DNA of 64,000 nt from Armatimonadota bacterium. GTDB lineage: Bacteria > Armatimonadota > UBA5829 > DSUL01. The notes beneath the pieces were generated by a model, which worked only from the letters and a program-made list of their open reading frames with translations, was not told the origin of the DNA and ran no database searches. The stretch covers positions 864,001 through 928,000 of the forward strand of contig JBDHZC010000001.1 in assembly GCA_039811685.1 (NCBI GenBank), given 5' to 3'. Numbering within the stretch: position 1 is the stretch's first letter; each line of letters starts with the position of its first letter. Both the position numbers and the translations under genes were made by a program. Shown here one piece after another: positions 36,681 through 45,199 of this stretch.

Positions 36681-37454
36681 TCATTCGGCGCGCGTGGTGT
36701 ACACGCGAAAGCGCCTGGCTTCTGCGCAGATAGTCACCCCACCGCTGTAGCCAGTCTGGTAGAGCCGTTGAGACCGCGCGTCTAAAGTCTTCACAAGTGC
36801 GAGGTTGGCGCGATTCTGCGTCGTGCGGCCAGTGTGGATGACAACGATGTCCGGGCGATATCCACCCAGTTCCCTCCCGTCGCTCTGCGAGGCCCCCCTG
36901 GAGAGCACAAGCGCGCCGGGTTGCTCTTTGAGCAACGCGGCCGCAACGGAGCTGGTCAGGCGCTCCACCAGCGCAACACTCGCACTGCGTCCACGCACAA
37001 TCACAGCGCTGGAAGCCGCCCCGTCGGCAACTGTCCTCAGGCGAAGTCCGCTGTTCAGGACCAGACTCTGTCCCGCCCTGATACGACGCCAGCGCAACGC
37101 AGAGGAAGACGGGGCATCCGGCGCAAGTATGTCGTGAATTCTCACGCTATTTTGCAGCGTTTCAACCCACTGCTCGGCCGTCCGGCTATAGCCGAGCGCA
37201 AGAAAGACATCCACAGCATTCACGCCCGCGCGCCGCAGTGCCGGCAGCGCCACGTACTGCGCGCCTTTGTCCAAAAAGGGCTGTGACGCGCAGAGGACGA
37301 TTGCTGTTGAGGAGTGCGGGCCGTGAACCAGCCAGCACTGGCCTCCACCTGTATCCAGGCAGTCTACTCGAAACTCAGTTCCACTGCGGGTAGCGAAGTA
37401 AACTGCCACAAGCGCCGCAATCCCAGCCGCCAGAACAACGCCAACGCGCTTCAC
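36681..37454 (-). CDS. Stand-alone degenerate ComEC-type metallo-beta-lactamase-like domain with N-terminal TM anchor
   Basis: LDTGGGQ (cf. LDVGQGD), PALRRAGVNAVD, TGYSGGV; GTGA overlap with the comEC stop. Confidence 0.7.
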   Translation of the reverse strand: MKRVGVVLAAGIAALVAVYFATRSGTEFRVDCLDTGGGQCWLVHGPHSSTAIVLCASQPFLDKGAQYVALPALRRAGVNAVDVFLALGYSRTAEQWVETLQNSVRIHDILAPDAPSSSALRWRRIRAGQSLVLNSGLRLRTVADGAASSAVIVRGRSASVALVERLTSSVAAALLKEQPGALVLSRGASQSDGRELGGYRPDIVVIHTGRTTQNRANLALVKTLDARSQRLYQTGYSGGVTICAEARRFRVYTTRAE

Positions 37455-39082
37455 TGAGAGGTCCCTGTGGACATGCGGGACGCATTCTTCACACTTGCGC
37501 GTCTGGGGAGCCTCCAATACCACCACACCGCCCCAAGCAAAGCGAACCAAGCTACTAATCCGAAGACCCCAGGTGACCGAACGTTGATCTCAGCAAAACC
37601 CGGAGAAGCCATTGTCCCGACGATTGTCTCGACAGCTACCGCCAGACCAAAGACAAGCTGAGAAATCAGCCAGCCGATATAAGGCACCCAAAATAGCGCC
37701 GAGAGCGCGACGGTCGCCACAAAGAACCATTCAGCCACAGCGGCAACGGCTACATTAGCGGGAAGCGACACGAGCGACAGACGGTTGAAGTAGTTGGCTA
37801 TCAGGGGAGCAGTCGCTACCGTCGCAGCCGTCGTTACGACGGCAACATCTCGCAGATGCAGCAGAATGACCTTTCGAAGACCTGCTCGCCCAGGCGCAGA
37901 CGGAGCGGGTTCGAAGCGCGCTGTCAGTGAGTTCAGCCTCGGCGCAAACATCAAAATGGAGACAACCGCAGCAAAGCTGAGTTGGAATCCGACGTCCGCC
38001 AGCGAGAGAGGGTCTATAGCCAGCATAATCGCCACCGTTGCGGCCAGGACACTGATCATATCAGCCGGGCGACCCAGCATCAGAGCTGCCATGTAAAGAG
38101 AGGAGGCAATCCCGGCCCGCACAATCGACGGCCCCGCGCCCGCCATGAGTGTGTAGAAGAAGATCAACAGGATAACGCTGGCAGTTGAGAGGAGGCGGGG
38201 AAAGCGTGAGCGGCGCAGCAACATTCCCCAGAAGATTGTCACAATTAGCGCGCAGTTGTACCCGGACGCCGCGAGCAGGTGCAAAGTCCCTGTGCGCGTG
38301 AAGCTTTCAACGATTTTCTGGGGCACCAGGGAATAACTCCCCAGCACCATGCCGGATGCCAGCGCTGCTTCCTGGCGTGGGAGATGCCGGGCGAGTTGTG
38401 CGCGAAGGCTGTCTCGCAGACGGTAAGCCCAGACGACTATCTGCGGGCCGGAGGCTTCGTCAAGCACGGTAATATCCGTCGGGCTGTCAACCCAGGCCGT
38501 CGCAAACGCGCCGTGCCGGGCCAGGTAGGACGCCCAGGAGAACTCGCCCGGATTTCGAGGTTGAGACGGGCGCCGGATCTGCGCCCGAAGTCTGAGGGTC
38601 CGCCCGTAAGTCAGACCCGTAGTCGCCCTTCGCAAAGTCTGCGCTGCCTGCCGGGCTACGCTCACCGAGATTTTTCCGCTGGCTGGAACAACCCGGCGGT
38701 TGGCAGAGGCAGCGCTTACACGGTAGAAGAAGCGGATCGTTTCAGGTGTTATCTGAGGGTCGCTGGCGATATAGCCATCCAGAACCACGGGCGTGCGGCG
38801 TCCGGCGAAGCGTGACACGTCCGAGCGGCCGGGCGTCTGTTCAACAGAAGCGCGCGCAAATCCCAGCAGAGCGACTCCTACCAGAAGGACGACCCATCCT
38901 CGCTGCCCGCGAGCGAAAGCGTAGATCGCCGCCGCGCATCCGATTCCGGCAACTCCCAGTCCCGGCGCCGGAGCAGACCCGCTGACCATAGCCACAACGC
39001 AGCCAAGTGCGAAGGCGATTGCGACGGCTATTATGGGGCGTTGAATAATGGCGTGTATCACGGCAGCCTTGGCGTCAAACAA
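37451..39082 (-). CDS. comEC: ComEC/Rec2 competence protein (DUF4131 + Competence domain)
   Basis: RNPGEF, GTLHLLAASGYN, SIVRAG, GFQLSF. Confidence 0.92.
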   Translation of the reverse strand: MFDAKAAVIHAIIQRPIIAVAIAFALGCVVAMVSGSAPAPGLGVAGIGCAAAIYAFARGQRGWVVLLVGVALLGFARASVEQTPGRSDVSRFAGRRTPVVLDGYIASDPQITPETIRFFYRVSAASANRRVVPASGKISVSVARQAAQTLRRATTGLTYGRTLRLRAQIRRPSQPRNPGEFSWASYLARHGAFATAWVDSPTDITVLDEASGPQIVVWAYRLRDSLRAQLARHLPRQEAALASGMVLGSYSLVPQKIVESFTRTGTLHLLAASGYNCALIVTIFWGMLLRRSRFPRLLSTASVILLIFFYTLMAGAGPSIVRAGIASSLYMAALMLGRPADMISVLAATVAIMLAIDPLSLADVGFQLSFAAVVSILMFAPRLNSLTARFEPAPSAPGRAGLRKVILLHLRDVAVVTTAATVATAPLIANYFNRLSLVSLPANVAVAAVAEWFFVATVALSALFWVPYIGWLISQLVFGLAVAVETIVGTMASPGFAEINVRSPGVFGLVAWFALLGAVWWYWRLPRRASVKNASRMSTGTSQ

Positions 39083-39206
39083 GTGAGGCCGCAGCCAGTA
39101 TAACTGCCGTGCTGGCTTGCGGGCAAGCGCCTGGAGATGCCCGGATGCCTGAAAATCCGGTTATACTGGCAGGCGAACCTTACACTCGTGGAAAGGATCG
39201 AGCCTC

Positions 39207-40028
39207 TTGAAGTTTCAGATTCTCGGCACTGCTGCAGCAGAGGGCTGGCCAGCTCTGTTTTGCGCGTGCGACCCATGCCGCCGGGCCAGAGCCGCCGGCG
39301 GAAAGAATATCCGAAGCCGTGCATCAGTCCTGGTGAACGACAATATCAAGGTGGACTTCAACTCTGATGAGTTCCATCACCTGTCAACACTGGGACTGGA
39401 CTACAGCCAGCTTGAGCACCTCCTGTTCACGCACAGCCATAACGACCACTTCAGTACGGGAGAGCTGGCATATCTGCGAGACCCGTTCGCGCACAACCGC
39501 AAAAAGAACCCACTCGATATCTGGTGCAGCGCGGACGTGGCAAACATTATCCAAAGCCGCTATCCGGACGAAGCGGCAGCCGGAATGAGCGTCCACGCAG
39601 TAAAGCCGTTTGAGACCATTGGTCTCGACGGCATGCCGGCCACCCCGATCACAGCAATTCACAAACACGATGAGCTGTGTCTGAACTGGCTTTTCGGCCC
39701 GCTGGACAACTGCGTGTTGTATGCGTCAGACACCGGATTCTATCAGCCGCCGACCTGGGAATTTCTCAAGAACGTCAAGCTGAACATGGTCGTAAGCGAA
39801 TGCACTCTGGGGTTCACCGGGGAAAGCGAAACGCATATGTCCGTCAACAGTGTGCGCCGCATGAAAGATGAGCTTGTGCGGCTTGGGTCTTTGAAGCCGA
39901 GCGCGCAGTTTGTGATCACGCATTTCTCTCACAACGCTCTGCTGTTGCATGACGAAATGCAGGAGCGCGTGAAAGACGACGGATTCGTAGTCGCTTACGA
40001 TGGCATTATCCTGGAGGCCGGGCCGTGA
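39207..40028 (+). CDS. MBL-fold metallo-hydrolase (PhnP-like)
   Basis: LGTAAAEG, CACDPC, THSHNDH, THFSHN. Confidence 0.9.
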   Translation: MKFQILGTAAAEGWPALFCACDPCRRARAAGGKNIRSRASVLVNDNIKVDFNSDEFHHLSTLGLDYSQLEHLLFTHSHNDHFSTGELAYLRDPFAHNRKKNPLDIWCSADVANIIQSRYPDEAAAGMSVHAVKPFETIGLDGMPATPITAIHKHDELCLNWLFGPLDNCVLYASDTGFYQPPTWEFLKNVKLNMVVSECTLGFTGESETHMSVNSVRRMKDELVRLGSLKPSAQFVITHFSHNALLLHDEMQERVKDDGFVVAYDGIILEAGP

Positions 40029-40237
40029 AGGCGCAGGAGGCTATCGTCGAGATTGTGAACATCTTCGACGAGGGCAACAAAGAGATTGAAGCTATACTTG
40101 CGGTGCATGACATGTACTCTCTGAAGTCAGGACAGTTGATTGAGTTGACTGAAGAGTCCATGATGCGCCGCGTAGGGCGAGTCGTAAAGCTTTACGAAGA
40201 GGAACAGGCTAAGATTAGCGGGCAAAGCGGTACTTGA
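40025..40237 (+). CDS. Small hypothetical protein (70 aa)
   Basis: GTGA overlap with the upstream gene, GGAGG RBS, helical composition. Confidence 0.6.
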   Translation: MKAQEAIVEIVNIFDEGNKEIEAILAVHDMYSLKSGQLIELTEESMMRRVGRVVKLYEEEQAKISGQSGT

Positions 40238-40913
40238 GGAGTGTCCAGAAGGCTTCAAAACCGTCGCGCCACGTGATCTTTTTGCCCTGCCCGTAGGTGC
40301 GAGGAGTGTAGCGGATGGGCATCTCCACAACGCGAGCGCCTTTGCGCAGCAGCTTTGCTGTAACCTCAGGACAGAACTCAAAGCGCTCACAGCGTAGATT
40401 CAGACTCCGAAGTTCATCGGTCCGGATAAGTTTGTAGCACGTGGCTTCATCAGTGAGATGGCCCCGGAACAGCACATTTACGGTGATAGCCAGGATGCGG
40501 TTTGCCACATAATTTGCAAATCGCATAGGTGGGCGAGAAGGCCGGAATCGCGTCCCGTAAACCGCAGAGACGCTCGCGTCCTTGAAAGCCTCAACCAGAA
40601 CCGGCAGATCCTCTGGACTGTATTCGAGATCGGCATCCTGAATGGCGACGATCTCACCGCGCACCTCAGAAACGGCCCTGCGGATGGCCGCGCCTTTCCC
40701 ACGATTCTCAGGCTGCTGAAAGACACGCACGCGGTCGTCGAAGGATCGAGCTATCTCCGCAGTGCGGTCGGTGGATGCGTCGTCCACAACGACTACTTCC
40801 AGATTCAGAGGCAGTGCCAGTACACGCTCCAATACCTCACCAATCGTGTCTTCTTCGTTGTACGCCGGAATGACGACCGAGACGAATGGCGAGTGAGCTA
40901 CGGGATCTGCCAT
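40215..40913 (-). CDS. Glycosyltransferase family 2 (DPM1-like)
   Basis: VIPAYNE, VDDASTD, GKGAA, QDADLEY, YGQGKKI. Confidence 0.93.
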   Translation of the reverse strand: MADPVAHSPFVSVVIPAYNEEDTIGEVLERVLALPLNLEVVVVDDASTDRTAEIARSFDDRVRVFQQPENRGKGAAIRRAVSEVRGEIVAIQDADLEYSPEDLPVLVEAFKDASVSAVYGTRFRPSRPPMRFANYVANRILAITVNVLFRGHLTDEATCYKLIRTDELRSLNLRCERFEFCPEVTAKLLRKGARVVEMPIRYTPRTYGQGKKITWRDGFEAFWTLLKYRFAR

Positions 40914-42682
40914 ATCTCGACGCCCTGTGACATTGCCGAATCGCCCGGTGAGCGCACCAGTCCCTGGTGGATAGCCTGGTCCCACAGCTCCAGATCGCGC
41001 CCGCTACCTCCAAAGCGCCGATTTATCACCGCGTACTGCCATCCGCGCTGCTTGAGCCAATGGATCATCTCCCCGGCAGAAGAGAACTCTCCATACGGAA
41101 TCACTGCGCTGAGATTCTCATCAGCCCACATATAGGTCTGAGACAGATGGAAGCCTCGCGGTTCACGGTAAAGCAGCACATGGGCGTGCGCTGGCAGGTA
41201 ATCTCGCACCCAGTAGCTGCTCACCTGGCTCTGGATGTAGGAGTCCGGGGAGACTTCCCCGGCAAAAACAGGAAGAACTGGCTGTAGCGCCAGGCCGGTC
41301 AGGACACACGAGACCACCGCGGCGACAACACAAAGGCACCGGGCTGCTTTTCCAAGAACATCCTCCCGCGCAAGCGCCGCTCCGAGCAGAACACACCCAA
41401 GCGCAAGCCCGGGCAACAGATACCGGGTTTGCTGCGATAGAACGAACCAGGCGACAACATAAATTAGAAGCGCCGCCGCAAGAGCCCGCGACCTGCCTTT
41501 CCACCCGAGCACTGAAATGGGAAGCAGCGCGGCGAAGAGCGGGCCGGGACTCCCGAAGATAATGCCGCCATCAATAAACGCGCCCCCTCTGACGATGAAG
41601 TCCCATGGCAGACGCGCAAAATCCAGGATGCTATGCCCCACCCCAAACTTCTGAAACGTCGCCCGGTACATTTCAACGCCGGCGGGACCCCACGCTTTGC
41701 CTCCGAAAACTGAGTAAAGAAACGGGTAAACAGGATTGCCCGTGAACAGAAAAGACTTTGTGTACCAGGGCAGACAAACAGAAGCGGCTACGAGGGCGTA
41801 GACACCGCTGAGAGGCAGTGCCCGGGCAGAGCGCCTGAGACTCCAGTAAAGCCAGGCCAGGACAAGCGCCATCCATAGCAGGCTGAATGTCTTGGTCGCG
41901 GCCGCCATTCCAGCCAGCAGAGCCGAAGCAACCACCCAGCGCATTCTGTTTTTCTGACCTTCCAGAGCAGTGAGAACGGCAAGCGCAGAAAGCACCGTGT
42001 ACGCGGCCGTTGAAAGGTCAATGTAGGCCGCCCCAGCTTCCCACAAGCCAACCGGCATCAACGCGAAAGCAAGGGCAGCCCAGAGAGCGCACCTTTGACC
42101 GAACAGGCGAGCAGCCACAGAACCCGTAGCGGCGGCGCCCAGCAGAAAGAAGACCCAGTGGACGACTTTTGCGCACGGAGGAGCTCCTAAGGCTACAGCA
42201 GGAGCAAAAAGCATCTCAGTGGCGAAGGGAAAGTTCGAATGGTGAATGAACGGAATCCAGTAGAACCCACCGTGCTGGAGGTAAAGCTTTGGGACAGCGA
42301 GATGGTAGCTCAATCCGTCAAAGTCTGTGACGGGAGCGGCGGCGCTGAGCAAAGTCATTCCAAAGAGCAGGCCGAGAAGCGCGACAGCAAACCACTCCGA
42401 GCCTTGCGGTTTCTGAATTCGCTGTGAATTCCTGGCCAAATCTGCCAGCCGGACAACTCCCGCAGCGCACGCTACCAGACTCAAGATATCGAGCAGACCC
42501 GCGCGCCAGAGCTGTGCCGCGCCAAGCAGAAACAGGACGAATGAGGCCGCACCCAGCCCGATTGCTGTTCCTGTGACAAGACGCGTCCAGAAGTGCGCCC
42601 GCCTGCTGACGACTACATCTCCCAGCCAACCACAGCCGAGGCAGGCCATCAAAGTCACCAAAAGCTGAGCCATCGTGATCAA
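40898..42682 (-). CDS. Polytopic GT-C / PMT-like membrane glycosyltransferase
   Basis: Many TM helices; DGLSYHL and TGNPVYPF motifs; next to the GT2 gene. Confidence 0.75.
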   Translation of the reverse strand: MITMAQLLVTLMACLGCGWLGDVVVSRRAHFWTRLVTGTAIGLGAASFVLFLLGAAQLWRAGLLDILSLVACAAGVVRLADLARNSQRIQKPQGSEWFAVALLGLLFGMTLLSAAAPVTDFDGLSYHLAVPKLYLQHGGFYWIPFIHHSNFPFATEMLFAPAVALGAPPCAKVVHWVFFLLGAAATGSVAARLFGQRCALWAALAFALMPVGLWEAGAAYIDLSTAAYTVLSALAVLTALEGQKNRMRWVVASALLAGMAAATKTFSLLWMALVLAWLYWSLRRSARALPLSGVYALVAASVCLPWYTKSFLFTGNPVYPFLYSVFGGKAWGPAGVEMYRATFQKFGVGHSILDFARLPWDFIVRGGAFIDGGIIFGSPGPLFAALLPISVLGWKGRSRALAAALLIYVVAWFVLSQQTRYLLPGLALGCVLLGAALAREDVLGKAARCLCVVAAVVSCVLTGLALQPVLPVFAGEVSPDSYIQSQVSSYWVRDYLPAHAHVLLYREPRGFHLSQTYMWADENLSAVIPYGEFSSAGEMIHWLKQRGWQYAVINRRFGGSGRDLELWDQAIHQGLVRSPGDSAMSQGVEIWQIP

Positions 42683-43419
42683 CGCTTGCCCTCCATCAAG
42701 GGTAGCAAACTACCTGTGACCGTCCAGCGACTGCCCGCCCGCTCAGCCTCCACCATACCCGCGAAGTGGCCGTACGCACCGGCCTGGACAATGGAGACGT
42801 GTCCAATGCGTAGCGGCTCCGTCAGTGCGTCGTGGGAATGCCCTCCGACAATGAGGTCAATCTCCGGACAGGCTTCGGCCAGCTCCTTATCGCTTTGCAA
42901 GCCTATGTGGGTCAGGGCAACCAGAAGGTCGCACTCCTCCCGCAACCTACGCGCTACGGTGGGTGCGGTCTTCAGGGGATCGTCAAACACATAGGCCGAA
43001 AACCGCGCCGCGCGGCTGCGATCGCTTACCATAGCGACAGTCACGCCAAAGATGCCGACTCTGAGGCCGCCGCACTCAACAACTACGGAATCTTTACAGG
43101 GAACACAGCCATCAGAGGCAGCGCGGACGTTAGCGCAGAGGACGGGAAAGGACGCGCGGGAGAGCTTTGAGCAGAACCCACGCTGTGTGAAGTGAAATTC
43201 GCGGTTACCCAGCGCCATAGCGTCGTAGCAGGCAAGATTCATCAGGTCAAAGACCGGTTCCCCACCCGGGCGAAAATAGACATTCCCAGCCCATACCGCA
43301 TCTCCCGCATCCAGCAGAAGAGCGCAGTTTTCGCTCTTGAGACGCCGCAGTTCTTCAGCGGCAGTCACATTGAGGCGGTTGTGCAGGTCGTTGGTGTGGA
43401 CAATCCGAATCCGCGCCAT
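42679..43419 (-). CDS. Calcineurin-like metallophosphoesterase (5'-nucleotidase N-terminal domain only)
   Basis: HTNDLH, DAGD, GNREF, THIG, GGHSH. Confidence 0.88.
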   Translation of the reverse strand: MARIRIVHTNDLHNRLNVTAAEELRRLKSENCALLLDAGDAVWAGNVYFRPGGEPVFDLMNLACYDAMALGNREFHFTQRGFCSKLSRASFPVLCANVRAASDGCVPCKDSVVVECGGLRVGIFGVTVAMVSDRSRAARFSAYVFDDPLKTAPTVARRLREECDLLVALTHIGLQSDKELAEACPEIDLIVGGHSHDALTEPLRIGHVSIVQAGAYGHFAGMVEAERAGSRWTVTGSLLPLMEGKR

Positions 43420-43422
43420 TCT

Positions 43423-44001
43423 CTATCCGTTGACGACGCTGAAGCCTTCGACTTCGATGTCCGGCAGAAAACCAGCGACTACATGCTCCCAGCGCCCCTG
43501 TTGACGCAGGATCAACTCGATGATCTCCCTTACAGCGCCAAACCCACCCTGTCTTTTCGTGATGTAGTGCGCCTGGTCCAAAACCTCAGGCGCAGCGTTC
43601 GGAACTGTCGCGCAGAACCCGACACTGCGCATCGGAGCGAGGTCATTGAGATCGTCTCCGACGTAAGCGAACTCACTCCACGGAATCTCAAACTGCTGGG
43701 ACACCTCCGCCAGTGGAACCATCTTGTTACCCACGCCCAGGTGGTGGGCGCTGACCCTCAGATGCTCAGCCCGCAATCTGACAGCATCCGTCCAGTTTCC
43801 GCTGATCAGGACGACTTTGAGCCCGGCTTCAAGCGCCGCATGGATGCCCATACCGTCCTGTACGTGGAAGCCCGTTGGCGCGACGGCGCCATCCGGATAG
43901 TAAACCAGCCGCCCATCAGTCAGCACTCCGTCCACATCGAGCACAAGACAACGAACTTTGTGGATACGCTCAATAATGCCGGCTGAAAGCTGGGGCGTCA
44001 A
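43423..44001 (-). CDS. kdsC: KDO-8-phosphate phosphatase (HAD)
   Basis: DVDGVLTDG, GDDLND, GGFGAVRE. Confidence 0.92.
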   Translation of the reverse strand: MTPQLSAGIIERIHKVRCLVLDVDGVLTDGRLVYYPDGAVAPTGFHVQDGMGIHAALEAGLKVVLISGNWTDAVRLRAEHLRVSAHHLGVGNKMVPLAEVSQQFEIPWSEFAYVGDDLNDLAPMRSVGFCATVPNAAPEVLDQAHYITKRQGGFGAVREIIELILRQQGRWEHVVAGFLPDIEVEGFSVVNG

Positions 44002-44987
44002 ACCAGACCGGCCTTGGTAAGGTCTTTCAGCATCAACACTCCCACCGGCTTGCCACTCTCAAGAACTGGAAGGTCTCCTATCTTGCGCTCCTCCATGATA
44101 TGCAATCCTTCTACGGCAAGGCGCTCCGGGCTGGTGGTAACGGCTGGCGACGTCATCACCTCGTGAGCAGAGGCTGTCAGGGAGCCGTCAGCGAGGAGAT
44201 GCCTCCGCACGTCTCCGTCCGTAATGACGCCGACAAATGCACCTGTCTCATCTACTACGCAGGCCGCCCCCGCCCCAGCGCCAGTGATGGCAAAAAGCGC
44301 GTCTTTGAGGGAGGCCGTTGTTGAGCATACGGCAATTTCGGCGCCCGAGCGCATGATGTCGCGAACCTTGAGAATGAGCCTTCGCCCGAGAGACCCAGAA
44401 GGGTGGAAACGCGCAAAGTCTTCCCGCGTGAACCTGCGCTCCTGCATCACCGCCAGCGCCAGAGCGTCGCCAAGCGCCAAAGCCGCCGTTGTGCTGCAGG
44501 TCGGCGCCAGTCCCAGCGGACAGGCTTCGCGCTCAACCGTCACATCCAGCACGGTATCGGCAGCTTGAGCAAGAGGAGACCCGGGGGAACCAGTGAACGC
44601 AATGCAGCGCGCTCCGATCCGCGTCACGACAGGCAGGATGTTCAAAATCTCATCTGACTGTCCGCTGTAAGACAGCACAATGACAATATCATCTGAAGTG
44701 ACGACTCCCAGATCCCCGTGCACACCCTCTGCAGGGTGTAGGAAGAGCGCAGGCGTCCCGGTGCTTGAAAGAATTCCCGCCATCTTTCGCGCGATAGCGC
44801 CGGATTTCCCCACCCCTGTGACAACGACCCGCCCTGAGCACCCAAGCAACATCTGAACAGCCTGGTCGAAGGCGCTGTCCAGGCGCGAGGCCAGGGATCG
44901 GACAGCGTCGGACTCCATAAGCAGCACTTCTCGCGCAAGAGTGATCGCCGGGGAAACAGACTCAGAGGCAATGGACTTGGTAGGCAT
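43998..44987 (-). CDS. kdsD: Arabinose-5-phosphate isomerase (KpsF/GutQ, SIS + CBS)
   Basis: TGVGKSG, EGVHGDLG, EACPLGLAPT, FHPSGSLG. Confidence 0.94.
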   Translation of the reverse strand: MPTKSIASESVSPAITLAREVLLMESDAVRSLASRLDSAFDQAVQMLLGCSGRVVVTGVGKSGAIARKMAGILSSTGTPALFLHPAEGVHGDLGVVTSDDIVIVLSYSGQSDEILNILPVVTRIGARCIAFTGSPGSPLAQAADTVLDVTVEREACPLGLAPTCSTTAALALGDALALAVMQERRFTREDFARFHPSGSLGRRLILKVRDIMRSGAEIAVCSTTASLKDALFAITGAGAGAACVVDETGAFVGVITDGDVRRHLLADGSLTASAHEVMTSPAVTTSPERLAVEGLHIMEERKIGDLPVLESGKPVGVLMLKDLTKAGLV

Positions 44988-45199
44988 GGTCGAGTATCGA
45001 TACGTGCGCGCCTTGCAGAGTGAAAGAGACGGTCTGCCGCGCGCACATCCGTGGGCATTATAGGTTGGCCGCCATGTGCTGTCAAACAGAAGCACAGTTC
45101 AGAAAAATGCGTAGCGGACATTGCCCGATCGCCAGTTGTGTCGTAGCATTAGAGCAGGCGACAACAGACAACCGCTTCCCAACATGGTATGACGTATTT

